Shown here piece by piece: positions 41,511 through 55,423 of a stretch of 64,000 nucleotides of DNA; the first letter of the stretch is position 1; each line of letters opens with the position of its first letter. The translations under genes and the position numbers were made by a program. Origin of the DNA: Trichinella spiralis (Eukaryota); assembly GCF_000181795.1 (NCBI RefSeq), contig NW_003526945.1, forward strand, positions 5,247,094 through 5,311,093, given 5' to 3'. The notes under the pieces were generated by a model, which did not search any database, was not told the origin of the DNA, and saw nothing but the letters and a program-made list of their open reading frames with translations.

Positions 41511-44500
41511 TCAATGGTCTTCATTGTGGGCATGATCCCAAAAACCGCCCAAATAAATCGGATCTAATCCAGGAGCGCTCATTACAATTCCAATGGATTT
41601 TTCCTTATTTTCCAAATTGGTATTCGATATTGGCATACTGTCGCGTCGATTGTTCACTTCATGAACACTGTTGTTGTTGTTGTTGTTGTTGAGTTTCGTT
41701 TTCAATTTTTCAATTAAAATTTCCATTAAATTTGTCGTCAATTGTCGACCAAAATTTCCACTTTCAACTGTTCGTTTGGCCATTTCCAACGGATTGGGAT
41801 GATTCAAAATTGCCTCTTTGACATTTTGCCATACAATTTCCGCTTCAGATTCAGTCTGCGATGAAGATTCCATTTCCGATGAATATTTCCAATTATCCAA
41901 CGTCCCAAGTACCGTTGGCATGAAATTGTCGCCAAAACGTTCCATGAAATTTCCACTGTGCAACGACGAATACAACCTGGCCAGAACGTTACCGTCGGCA
42001 AAAATACGCTTTTCCACGTGATCCAACACTGACAAGCCGGGATCAAGGTTGGTCGGGTTCTTGTCATCCCGATTCAATCCTTTCACGCCCAAATTGAGAT
42101 CTTTTCGATTCTGCTCGACACCGTCGCCGACAATTTCCAAAGCCACCGGATTGAGACCAAACGGCATTGGCAAGTATAATCCGCTGTGGATTTTCTCTTC
42201 TTCTTCCAACGTACCGCTGATATTGCCGAATTGGGAGAGAATTCGGTGGGGCTGTTGGAAATTCGGCGTTGCCATATCACCACCAACTGACGTTCTAAAT
42301 GAACGCCTGGAATAGATGGCTTTTGGAATGAGAATTCTGGAACCGTCGCTGAAAGTCAACGTTCGAAATGCATCCGCTGGAGGTGGCGGAATGCGATTCG
42401 CTTTGCCGACAATTATGCCACCTTTGTAGGCATCCTGTTCCAAAGGTATGTTCAATCCTCGGATGAAGTACGGTTCTGATACGTGGCTGGCGACGAGATT
42501 CGGAAAAGCGTTTCTTCTGTGCAAATTTTCCCCTTCCGCTTGTTTGCAATCTGCAAAATTACACGTATCATTTCGAAACAATCTACATTAAACAACAATT
42601 GAAATTTACACAATGGAAGGGTTTTAATTTTCGAAATTATGAATTCAAAATGAAGCCCACTTGAATTGTTGAAAATTCCAAATACTTTTTTCCTAATCCG
42701 GCTATATTCTGAGCACAACGTATAATGTATTGTTCGAAAATACGAAAAAATCCAATTTCAATTCAATTTAAATATAACTACACGTTATGTACAGGCAGGT
42801 GCGCAATCACAGGAGCAAAAAGCGTACGTCGTATATTTTTACACATGTGCAGGTAGACTTTTTTTTTCTAAACAAGTCTAGTATTTCTCGTCTAATAGTT
42901 TCACGAGGAAAATGTGAAATGAAAATTAATCATCTTTTTAAGCAAATTTCCAACGACACCCAATCGGTATATTGGCTACCAGTGGCAGCGAAAGCTTCGA
43001 AGTTCCAAAGGGTGTGGCACGAGTTCACGGCCAAGTGTAATCTTCGGCCGAAGTGAAAAAGTCGAAAAATGCCGAAGCGTCGTTGAAATGGCCCGTTTCC
43101 ATTTGGCCGCCGAGCTTGTGACCGGCGAGCCAATTTTTGGGCACGGTCAGCGAACCACGCAAATCCGCCCCACTGAGACCGTGGTCGCCCAGACTGGCCG
43201 TGCGACCACCGGGCAGTTGGACGTTCATCGACCTCTGACGGTATTTGGACACGTTCGTGGTGGCTTTCAAAGCCGAATGGGATTTCGTTTCGGTCGTTTC
43301 AAATTTCACCGGTCCCGGTGAAAACCGGCCAAAATACGCTTCGGCTGGACTCGGTTTGGTGGGATTTTTCTTTTCATTTTCACTCAACGACTGCCACGTG
43401 TTCATCAGCATCATCGAATGCACGGACGGCATGGCCGGATCAATTGGAACCGACTGTTCATCCACTGGTCCGGCCTTCGATTCTGGACGAATCACATTCA
43501 CAGGTCTGATAGTAACCGACGGCTGAAGACGGTTCGATCTGATCGCATTTCCGTTCTGTATTCTGAAAAAAATTGCAAATTTTCTTTTTCTTCTCTATAA
43601 TCAGCATCCATTTGAATTTAAAAATTGTTAAATAAAAGAAAAACTACAATCGAAATAAATGGCCAATTACACTGATTTTAATCCTGCTCTCAAAATCCAC
43701 AAATAAGCTCAGTTTAACAACTTTTCTTCCACAAAACAAATAATAAAATAATTTACCTGTAATTGTAGGGTCGATCGGTGGTCAGACGGTTCACTCTTCG
43801 ATTCAGTTCATTCAATCTGGATCCGATTGGTCGACGCGTCGCGGTCGTTCCTACTGTAGTCGACGACGGTGTGACGTGTTCTTGGATCGCTTGTTTGAAA
43901 GCTTGCGGAGTCGGGGCAGTGGTTCGGGTCGGCGTTGGAGCGGCGGCGGTGGTAACGGTGGTGGTGGTGGTGGTGGCGGTGACATTCTCGACTGGCTCAC
44001 CATCTGCCTCGCCTTCGAGTTGAATTTGAGCCGAGGGATCGTTGTCGAGGTCCGAAATGCCGGCGAAGGGATCCGGGGGTGGGGCCGTCACGCCACCCGA
44101 GTTCGACTCCTGCAATCCACCGCCGCCGAGCAGGGGCAAAAACGAAAGCGGACCCGAAGCCGGACCGGCGCCGGCCGGCCGCTGCGGCAGACCCACGACC
44201 GAGAAGGGAAAATTCGAATCGCCCCCGGCGGACGGTCCGCTGAAAAACGACCCTGCAATCGGGTCCGTCATCACCGACGGCTTGACGGTCTGGATGAAGT
44301 TGCGCACCAAACCTTGCACCACCTCGGCCACGGGAAAACCCTGTTGACTGTCGTTGGCCGTTTTCGAAGCTTGGCCGTTGACGACGATGCCATTTTTGGC
44401 GAGAATATTCAAAAATGGATTCCCAGTGGCGGGAACCGACTGATTTTCCTGCGAATCGACGATTATGCCGACCATCGTCTCCGTGGGCACGTTCTTCAGC

Positions 44501-44897
44501 AGTTTCGCCGACTGGGGATCGACTTTTTCGTATATTTCAATCTGCCTCTTCAACGCGGTCAACGCCATCTGCTCTTTGCTGCGCCGCAGCAAGCCGTCCA
44601 GAAGCGAAAGCCCCAACTCTTGACCGATGGTCTGTACGACTTGACCATCGGAGCCGACTGAAATGACACATCACCAGCCTATACGTACATTGTTGGTTGT
44701 TCACAACTAGCCTACACACACAACACACACACACTCTCTCTCTCTCTGTCTCTTTCTCGAAAAGTGCACATCGTACGTAAGAGATAAAGCGGAACGTGAC
44801 AAGAAACAAACAAACAAACAAATAAACAAACAAACAAAAAGATTCTCTTACCAAAATAGAGAATAACGCTGAACAGCAGAACAGTAAAGCTGCGCAT
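41511..44897 (-). CDS. Large lineage-specific secreted protein (~850 aa) with Thr/Pro-rich and poly-Asn tracts
   Basis: Exons 44897..44852, 44657..43757, 43562..43029 and 42582..41511 join in frame through GT-AG introns (the third donor GTGAAC is weak). Signal peptide MRSFTVLLFSVILYFVGSDG|QVVQ; TATTTTTTVTTAAAPTPT mucin-like tract; NNNNNNN near the C-terminus. Confidence 0.7.
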
Positions 44898-46383
44898 ATT
44901 TTTAAAATTGTGCAAACTTGCAACCACCAACAGTCTCACACCAAAAGTTAAACGAAAGAACAACAACAACGTACGTCCATGCATCCCAAACGGGCCATGA
45001 TGTAACGAGGTTAGCAGAATTGACGCGCAATTTTTGTGCCCAATTCAACCGACGCCGACAGGCGTTGAATCGCTTGACCGATAAACCTGGTACCGTTTTG
45101 GCGGGGGTGACGTTGAACAAATTTTGTCCAACTTCTATCCAATACAAGCATAATTGAATTTTTCATGCCATTAAAAAGCGTAGGCCTTTTTTTTCTCTCC
45201 ACCTCGTCAATATTCGAATGAATATATTCTCGATTGAATTCTAAAAATTCCATTTCATTCAAATTAAACAACAACAACAAATCAAATACAGTATTTTCAA
45301 AAATTATGAAAAAAAACCGACATATACACAAATATACAATGCAAATTATTAGTATTATTATTATTTAAAGTAATCACGCTCGTTAACCTTTTTTTTCTTC
45401 TCTTTCTATGATTCTTTCCACAATTTTCACACCTAACTTGACCTACAAAATGATTCATTTAACACTGATTTTTCTTCTTTCTAGCAACGCTGGAAAAATT
45501 GCAATTTAATCAAATTTACAATATTTCATTTTTGGACATCTTTTTCCAATTTTGTTCTACTTTGGAAAAAAAATCCCGTCCAAAAAAAACTTCACGCTCG
45601 AATAATTTTCGAATCAAAAAATAGACAAAGAACAATGGGCGAGGAGGAAAGGGATGGGGAATGGCCGCTTTCAGAGCGGAACTGACAAAAAAAAAATTGT
45701 TCCCAACAATACAATACATGTGCAGCTTTTACTGATGTCCATTGACAAAAGCAAAGTGTACTGTGTTCAAAAAATGAACCGATTCGCTTTTCTCTTCAAA
45801 TCAATTTAATTGTTCAAATCGACCGATCAATTTATATTCACTTTTTAATTGAAAAATTATCAACATTTGACCAGAATATTTTGATGCAAGTTCAAGTTTT
45901 TTTCCTATTCGAGATGAACAAATAATAACTTTCTGGTCGCTGTACAATCACGTTCATGTAATATTGAAATGACTACGAACATTCATTCTTTCATACATTA
46001 CACTTTACAAGTATTACTTTACAACACTTGAACTTACTTTTCGTATATTACTTTTTTTCTTAAAATTCCCATCCGATCATAAACTGTTGACAAAAACAAA
46101 CTTCCCATTTTATTTAAATTTCATTTACAGTCTCTTTTACAGTATTCTTTTCTCCACGTGTACAGTTTAACTTCAATATAAAATGTATAACGTATAAATT
46201 TATATATTAAAATTGAAAAAAATTACATAAAACGTGAAATTAATTAATTTTTCTTTAATTTTGAATCACATCTTTCAAGAAAATTTGTCTTCAAATTAAT
46301 ATAAACTTGACTACTTTTAATATTTACAAAAATCATTGTTGTTTAACTTGTTGAAAAAGAAATTCAAGTTGTAAAAAACAACT

Positions 46384-47914
46384 ATGGGCACTTTGAAAAA
46401 ATCCTCAAAACAGACTGAATTGGAACATCTCGTGTAAGTTGATTTATTTGGTTTGATGTTTTTTTTGTGATTACATTTTGAAATATTGCGTTGTTAATGA
46501 TTGGAATCTTTTTGCAGGCGACAACCGAAAACCCAAGCTGGAAAGCGTTATTTAGCCAATCGTGCGCCAAAATTGATTGAAAATAATAAAAAGACCATCT
46601 TTATTCGTGGTCCGCATACGAAGAAAATTACAGAAGAATGTTTGAACAATTTGGTAATTGTTTAGTATGATTATTTTTCTTTTGTACAGTACAGCGTAGA
46701 CAATTGACTTTTAGTATCAGTTGAAAAAGCCGGATGCAGTTCGTTTGAAGTGGTAATATTTTGAAAGTGAATCGTGTGGTTGTGGTTTTTTTTTGAAAAA
46801 TGTTCACATTTCAGGAACAATCAATTTCGACCATTCGAAGATGAAACACCAATTGAGAGATTTTGCAAAAAATATGATGCTTCGTTGTTTTGTTTTGCCA
46901 GCGATACCAAGAAGAGACCGAATAATTTAATTTTAGGTTTGTAATTGTGGAAAGAAGTGGATATAATTTATTTGAATGCTTTCAATATTTGATTTGATTT
47001 TTTGAATTCATTCTTGTAATTTTTGTACCATTTGTATAATAATAAAAGTGAATGGATCAATTAGCGATGTAGAATATAGTTTTAATGTGCTGTTTGTTTA
47101 GGTCGAACGTACGATTTCAACGTTTTGGATATGTTTGAATTTTCTATAGAAAGTTTTGCTTCAATTTATGCATTCAAGGTGACTGATGAAGATTTCAAAA
47201 TTTTTGCTTTTATTAATAATATTTTTTTCCTTAAAGCAATGCTACGTTCCACTTTCTACGAAACCGTGTTTAGTTTTCCATGGTGAAGAATTCCAAAATG
47301 ATCCAGTATATTCACGCTTGAAAAGTCTGCTTATTGGTAAATATGAGTGGAGTTGTTGGTTTCATTTGTTTTTCAAATAGATGTGTGTTAGATTTTTTTC
47401 GAGGTCCAAGTGTAAAAAAATTACGTTTGCAAGGATTCGAATACACGGTGTCGTTTACAATTTTCAATGATCAAATTTTGATGCGAGCCTACAAGTGAGT
47501 GTTGTTTAAATAATTTATTGAACAATATGCAATTTATTTTATTTTTTTTTCATTTGAGAAATTTGCTGAAACGTTCCGGTAGTAGAATACCGTTGATCAA
47601 ATTGAAACCTGCCGGACCATCGATGAATTTAGTGTTGCGTCGTCACAAGCTTGCGTCGGACGATTTATTTCGCCTGGCTTGTAAAATTCCAAAAACTGTC
47701 GCAGTAAATGATGTTTTTTTTGGATTAATTTGAATAATTTAATTTTTATTTGGATGTTGTTTTCTAGCCTCGTAAGAAGAAAAATATCGAACATGACGTA
47801 TTTGGTACTAAGCATGGGCGTGTGCATATGGAACGTCAAGATTTGGGCGAGTTGAAGCAGAAGAAGATGAAAGCGTTGAAAGCGAGACCAAAAAAGCAAC
47901 AAAAAACAGAATAA
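46384..47914 (+). CDS. RPF2: Ribosome production factor 2 (Brix domain), multi-exon
   Basis: MGTLKKSSKQTELEHLV|RQPKTQAGKRYLANRAPKLIEN.KKTIFIRG, RPFEDETPIE.FCKKYDASLF.F.SDTKKRPNNLILGRTYDFNVLDMFE, KPCLVFHGEEF..RLKSLLIDFFRG, GPSMNLVLRRHKLASDDL, KKKNIEHDVFGTKHGRVHMERQDL. Confidence 0.95.
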
Positions 47915-50900
47915 ATAACATTTGAAAATAATATTCATTTGCGTTTTTTATTTATTTAAATTGTCTGGTGAATAGTGCGCGTGAGTGAATTGAATTGACA
48001 AGTTGCAAGTGTTTTCTCATGCGGATTTCATGTCAGTTAATTTGATTGATTCTATTCTGCGTCGACTTTTATTTGACACCAACTTGCAATTAATACAATT
48101 TTTCATGCGTATTATTTCAGATATTTTTCTTATTTAAAAATATTTTATTTCAAAATTGTACTGTGATCAATGAATAGAAGTGATGATGATTCTCATTTGG
48201 AAAGAGAAAAAGAAGAATTTTCTCGTGTCGAATAAAATGGGGAAGTCGTTGTTGTTGTTGTTGGTCATAGTGAAGCAGTTTTGCCGTGAAAATTTGATAT
48301 CGTGAATCTTTTCATCCGGATCACAGATATTTTCCATAAAAGAACATGATATGAACAGTTTTGTTGGCAAGTTCTGGGTCTGTCTGGACGGGTGAATTTG
48401 ATTACTATTAAATGTTTCACTTGTTGGCAGCCGACAGAATTAAAAACAGATATTTCGAGAATCAATAATTCATCGAAGTATTAGGGTCTGAAGATCCATG
48501 GAAACGGATCAACAACGTCGGTAAATATTAATTTTGTTTGGCCAAGCTTACACTGTTGATCAAGCCGAGCTAGTGAGCTTGTCAGCTGCAAAATAGCTAG
48601 CTTCGTGCGATAGCTTTGTTCACCGTTGGCGCCTTTGCTTTTCAAGTTGACACCGACGATCCATGATGGGCTCACCGTGTGATTACTTGTCCGCCTCATT
48701 AGCCAGTTTTCAACGTCCAATTTGTCAGAAAAAGTTCAAAAATATCCCACCCGAACACGAGTAAGCCACATTTAACAATAATAAAAACAACAACAAACAG
48801 TAGTATTTTCACATATTTAATAAATTTATTTATCATTTTGATCAATTTGTTTATTTGTCATAATTATTTAAATGTTTGTAAAACAGTAAAACTTGTCGTG
48901 GATATTGCTTTTGTGGAATATAAAATGGAAAGTAGGAGTTAAAAAGTTTTTGCTTTTTTTTTTAATTCAAACTGCTTTATATATTTTATTTTGCTTTTAA
49001 ATAAAGTTGTTAATGCAATATTTGTTTAGATATGATCAATATTTCAAAGGAAAAAAAAATAATGCATTTTTGCAGATGATGATGGTTGAATTGAGTACAG
49101 TAATAGGAATTTAAATTTGCAACCGTTAGTGAATTGTTTGTACATTTTTGTCATTCATTTGAAAGTGATAAAACTTATGGTGAACTTTTTCTTTTTATTC
49201 TCGTAATCAATAAAATTGAAATGAATTTTATTTTTAATTTATGAAACGTTATTTTTTCTCTGAGAAAATATTTGCAAAATTCAATTGTATTATAATAATC
49301 TAATTTGTTTATTATCTTTTTTTTTTCCCGCTAACCACTGAACACTAAAAGTGTCGATTGATATCGTGATATTATATATAATAGAATGCAGTTTTTGACA
49401 TTTATTTTGTTCACATCACAAGGTGCAAAAAAATTGGATTTTAATTTGAAAAACAAAAATGAATTTTATTGAATTTCAAAATCACTGCTTCTTGGAAGCT
49501 ATTAATCCAACGCCGCAGGATAATTTTCCTATTTTTTTCTCTATGCGAGATCAAAATGCACCGCGCGATCATTTGCACTTCTGCATCAAGAAGAATCTGG
49601 AAGTTAATTTGTTTACGTTTGTAGTTTCTGCACAAAAATCAATATATCAAAAAGTACGCTGCCAAATCAGTAAAGAATCTTATTATGATTGAACGTTTTT
49701 ATTATTATTTTTCAAAAATTTCAATCATAAATACATTTTGCGATTAATAATATTTCACACTGCAACTGGCCAAATAAAAATTGAAAATTTGTTTCAGTTG
49801 ATATGCAGAAACGGAGGAGGAGAATGTAGAGGTTGAAAAAAAAATTGATAGCTTTTGAAATGAATTTGCAATCCGTCGTAACATTTAAAATATTTTTTTA
49901 TTCATAATTATTTTATTTATTTATTTATTAAAGAAAAGAATAATATTCATTTATATTTTGCGTCACTGTTCCGTGTGAAGTCAGTTGAAAAATCAATCAC
50001 AAACGCATTACAGAAAAAAAATCTATCGAAAGTTAAGTTCCAAAAACATAAAATTTAATTAATAGCATTTTTTAAATAAAATTTAAAATCCTGAACAAAA
50101 AAAAATAACTGAAGAGCTTTGTTAAAGTGATTTTTCACCAACTTTCTAATTTATTCTGCACGTCATAAAATTAATCACATTTATTTATAATCGAATAGCA
50201 AAAATTAAACAAAACATTAAGTTGGTCCGAAAATGACTGCTGACAATAATTTTTAAAATTTTAATACGTAATGCTGTTTGTCATAAATGACACGCTGATA
50301 TATTGACAGTTTGAAATAACAAATTTTCATTAATTACCATGTGTATTTTAATTTTACAAAAAATTAATCATCAGCAAAAACTGAAAAAAAAACAATTTTC
50401 AAATCAACCAATCATTGATTTCAATTTTCAAGTGACCTAATTTTGGTGAACTATTTTAGTTGAAAATCAAGTTGTACATGTTATGCAGGTGTAATTTCAA
50501 ATATATTGAAGAGTGAGACAAAGTAAAAAGCACTTTTCAATAATGAAAATTATAAAAGCTGAATAAGTTCGCTCCATATTGAAACTTTGAAACCATCAAT
50601 TTCTTCACTTCACACTCAACATTTGTATTCAATTGTAAATTGAACAAGTTGATTTGTTTTGTTTATTGAATACAAATATCATATATACGTAAATGTATGC
50701 GAATTTTATCGTTTGCATAATGTAATTATTTGTAAACTTTTATCAAACGAACAAACTTAATTTAGAAGCTCATGACAAGATTCTACGAAATGTTTACACT
50801 TAATTGAGATGTATATTTCGAATAGAATTCCATTTCCAAGGTTACTTTAATGTGTATGATACGTCAGAAGAAATAGAAGAATCATTTATCAATAAAAATT

Positions 50901-52048
50901 CTCCTTTTTACAAAGGCGAAAAGCGAGTCAGAATTATTGAACATTTTCATTAAATCAAAATAAATTATATTTACCGCTTTTTAATTGATTGATTTATAAT
51001 ACTCATTGAAATATTCAGTGTCCATTTCAAATGACAATGTTGTTCAATGATACGATTCAAAGCGTCTCTATGATATATTAAGAGCTCAAAATTCAATTTA
51101 TTGTCACTGTTGTTGCGGAAAATGCAATTACAAAGCGAATACTATTTTATCATAAAATTAACGGAAAATAATTAAATTTTAGAAATTAATTTCCGTACTT
51201 TTAAATTAGAAACTTATCCTTCTATCAACTTCTATTATTTTACGCAAAGAACAGTTGCATTTTTTTTACGCAAAGAACAGTTGGTTAAGCCTCCCAATTT
51301 AATTCCTAATCAGTTCAGTTATGGGATGGAAAACTAATGAAAAACATCTAATGAAACTGAATAATTAACATTAAAAATATAATTGTGTAGGGCGATGAAT
51401 AACCAAACACAGTAAACAACAGGTTCTAGTAGTGAAAAAGTCAAGCAGAAATTCCTGGGGAGTATGCTGTGTGATTTTGCTGGAATGAAAAAGGAAATTA
51501 TCAAAACCCAACATGTCGTTTCGATTATATAAAAGTGATAGCATGTTGATAAAACGATTTGGGCGTGGTTTTTACCACCATATAGATATATATGTATCAC
51601 AAACCCCCAATATAAAAAAGGGTTGTGATCAAAACAGTATATCTATTTCAGTATACATCACTTTTTGAATGTATTGTGGACTAAGTCCAATACATTCATG
51701 TATACATTACAAATTCAAGTTTTGGCATATGAAATTTACAGATTTCATATTTGCATTGCGATGTAAAACCATCGCAGAAATAACTTTAGGGATCTTTCTC
51801 CGAAAGCTAGTTCCATTGGAATGCAGAGCTAACAACTTATATGTATTGTGATGTGAAGCCAATAGTTTTACATCACATAACCTCCAATTAAAATTTAATC
51901 AGATACTGTAATAACTTACACTCTATTTTTGCAGAATGCACTTTTTATAGAATACGTTTATTGATAAGAGCTCATAAGATAAGAGGAAGAAGTTTAATGA
52001 ATGGTTACAATATTCATATCAAATTTTAGCAAACGTGTAAATAGCAGG

Positions 52049-53480
52049 TGTTTGAGAACTCGTCATGCTCCGTCGTCAGGTTCTTCATCAGAAGTGACCA
52101 GTATGTTAAATATCGGATCAGAAAATGAGAAAATGCAACATTATCGTAGAAGAGCTGCCAAAGTATACCAAAACAGTGGTTCCAGTCAGTTGCGATGCCA
52201 AAATTTAGTTTCTAACAGAAACCACAATGGTGCTTCAAATGCAACAACGTCAACAAACAAACACAAAACTGCTGCACAAAACTGCAGTGAGTACAGTTCG
52301 TGATTGTTTTTGTTTTGTCTTGAAATTTGAATAATTTACATCGCAGAAAATTCGAAAGTTTCATCAAAAATCGATTTTCGAACGAAACAATCACCATTGA
52401 ACCGATCGACATCCGTCGTGGATAACTGCAGCAGCAACGATGGCCGATCACGTACCGCCACTATGGGAAGTACAACGTCAAGAAATTTGACAGTAAGCCG
52501 ACCAGCGAATCGAATCCCAAATTCATCCAAAAATCACCTACGTCCCAATGGTCACAACGACTGCGCAATTTTCAAAAGTCAATCTTTGACATCACTTACT
52601 GGGCAACGTAATTTACCACAGGTGAGATGATGGCCAAAGAAAAAAAATCGAACGAAATATTTCTGCCGTTTTTTTTAAACTTTATTATCATTTTTTTGCA
52701 GACAGTACCGTCGACGTCGATAGTTGAACTGGAATCTGCGAAGCAAATTTCCCAATCGGAACAACATCTTGCCATTGATAATTCAACTGTTGACGATGAA
52801 CATCTAAAGCCGGACAAGTCAAAATTATCATTATTGACAAACCACGCTGAAGTAGATGAGGTTATTATCATGACGATGAATAATTTTAATCGAAAAATGA
52901 ATTGAATCCATATCAATAATTGCGATTTTTATTGTTTTTTATTTTCAGTTTAAACGCGACCCTACAACGTCGAAAAATGTTGAAGAACCAGTCGTGGAAA
53001 TTTTCAAACAATTCAACGTGGAAGATAGGACGAATGAAGAAATTGTCGACAAAAATTCACGAAGCGACGAAGATAACACCAGCGTTTCGGTCAGCGCGAC
53101 GACCAAATCCAATTCTATTGCCACATCCGACTCGCAGGACAAATCAACAGTCGCGACGAATGATACCAAAATAGGTATGCATTGTTTGGTCTGTTTCTTT
53201 TCATAGCAGCACATTTTATGCAAATTTCACACGCAGAAGTCGACTCGTACCTTATACCGTGGCTTTTGGACAACGTTTCCATGGTTGTCAAATATCGCCT
53301 GAATACAATATTGCTCAGAGATGGTAGGACAAGAGAAAAATTTTATTTTTTTTTGTTTTTTTACTTCTATTTCAAACAATCGATTCGTTCAATTCAGCCA
53401 TTTGTGGAACGACGTCGTTTGTCAAAGATTCTGGCGGTGAAAATTTCGAAATCAACGACTGCACTGACAAAATTCCCTAA
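52049..53480 (+). CDS. Ser/Thr/Asn-rich, largely disordered protein of unknown function; 5' end uncertain
   Basis: Six exons (~52049..52287, 52347..52621, 52702..52860, 52950..53174, 53237..53322, 53398..53480) stay in frame across canonical short introns; no domain recognised. Confidence 0.6.
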
Positions 53481-54059
53481 TTTTTCAAAAAGAAATTCAA
53501 ATGGATGCCTAAAAATGACTAATTTGCTGCCTTAAGGGAAAAATAAATTTCACAAAAAAATGTTGGGCAGAGTTGGCAAAAAATTCATTTCACGTTCCAA
53601 CTTCACTACATTCGATTTTTATCAATCGAATTTTATTTCTGTTTTATTTTTTAAATAAATAATAACAACAAGAACAAAAAGGAACTGTTGTTCTATTGCA
53701 ATTGAATCGTTGGAAAAAATTATCAATCAACTACTTTCCAGTCGAACAATTTTATTATTAAATTTTGTTGATTCTTTTTTTATTTTTTTTTCTTGGAAAA
53801 ATTTTAAAATATTACTTTGAACATTTTCCATAAATTGAAATGATGTAATAATTGCAGATGTGAATTTTCATTCCCATACATACAGTATGACATTTCTAGA
53901 TGAACGAATTTGATCAATTTTGAAAAAGATTACTTGATTACTTTTAATAATTACTGTTGTATGTGGAGCGTCGTAGCGAAACAACCAACGAGTGTGCATA
54001 TGCAAAACTGTATCAGGTGCAATTAATCATTCGTAACGTTAATTGTTGATTATTTCAGA

Positions 54060-55423
54060 ATGAGCTTGGTGCAGGAAATGGCCAATTTATCGACAACTGA
54101 TTTCGGTAAAAATTTTTCGACGATCCTTGTTTTCCGTTTCGATTATTGTTTATTGTTGAAGATTTGAACAATATCACATACGGCCGTGAAGTTTTGTTCA
54201 ACTTGGGATACTACATGAAAAATATTGCCGAAGAGGCGGAACGTATTAACACCGAAGAGAAGGTTCTTCATTTGTTCAATAGTGGATTTTTTTTTGTCGA
54301 TTTGGTTTTTTTCTTTTTTTGCAGATTGATATCATCAAGAAGTTGATCAGCTTTACAGATTTGACATCGTTGAATGCAACTGATTCGTTTGAAACTGTTA
54401 AAAAGCTGATCGACAGAGCTACTCAACCGCTCGCTTTGTCTCTTTTAAACGATAGTGACATTTGCTGTGCGGCCGTTTGCATTTATCCCTACTTCGTTAA
54501 AAATGCGGTTGCTTTTCGAAATTTCGCCTGTGCACTCGGAAGATCGTTCGTTTCGATTGTTACCGGTAAATAGCAGGTGGTAGTTTTGTCATTCTTGTAG
54601 GCAAGAAATGGTTCATTTCAGTTGCCGGTGCATTTCCATCCGGTATGTACAAGTTGATCACCAAAGTACACGAATGTCGAGAAGCGAAAGAAGACGGTGC
54701 AGATGAAATCGACGTTGTCATCAATCGTAGTCTGGTGGCAACGCGCAAATGGCGAGGTGAAATTTAATTTGAAATAAATTAATTAATTAAAAAAAATCAT
54801 TTATTATTGCATATTTAGAATTGTACAACGAGTTGGTAGCGATGAAAAAAGAGATCGAATCGCCGATTTTGATGAAAACCATCTTGTCGACCGGGGATAT
54901 CGCATCTCCTCTGGACATTTATGCGGCAGCTACGGTGGCAATGATGGCCGGCATGTTTTCGCTTTCTTTTTTTTTTCTTTTTTTCAAATTCCATTTATAA
55001 ATAAATCTTGGTGCTTTTTCTTTTTTACAGGAAGTTCATTCATCAAATCTTCCACTGGCAAAGAGAAGCTCAATTCCACAGTACCAGGGAGTTTAGTGAT
55101 TTGTTTGGCAATTCGGACGTTCTTTTTGCGTTACAAGCGTCAAGTGATTATATTTATTTATTTGATTAAAAATAAAAACTCAATTAAAATTTAAATATTT
55201 AATCAATATGTTGATACAGGTTGGATTCAAAGCGGCTGGTGGTATTAAAACTGCCCAGGAAGCAATTGTATATTACGTGCTTGTCAAGCAGATTCTTGGA
55301 GAGCGATGGCTGTCGAGAGAGTATTTTCGCATTGGCGCGTCGGAATTGTTGGACGATTTGGTGAGAACGTTGGAAAAGCTGCAATTTGGGAAGGAATCGT
55401 CGTCGGTTGAAGAAACTTCATGA
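54060..55423 (+). CDS. DERA: Deoxyribose-phosphate aldolase
   Basis: Seven exons: ISFTDLTSLNATDS, AAVCIYP, SVAGAFPSG, DGADEIDVVINRSL, MKTILSTGD (Schiff-base Lys), AMMAGSSFIKSSTGKE, VGFKAAGGIKT, FRIGASELL. Confidence 0.95.

Noticed and set aside
43025..43027. In-frame TGA as possible selenocysteine or readthrough codon
   Set aside because: A splice donor overlapping it gives an in-frame join to the next exon, and readthrough meets another stop soon after.
48167..48720. Short minus-strand ORFs downstream of RPF2
   Set aside because: No clear start, splice chain or homology; cannot be supported.
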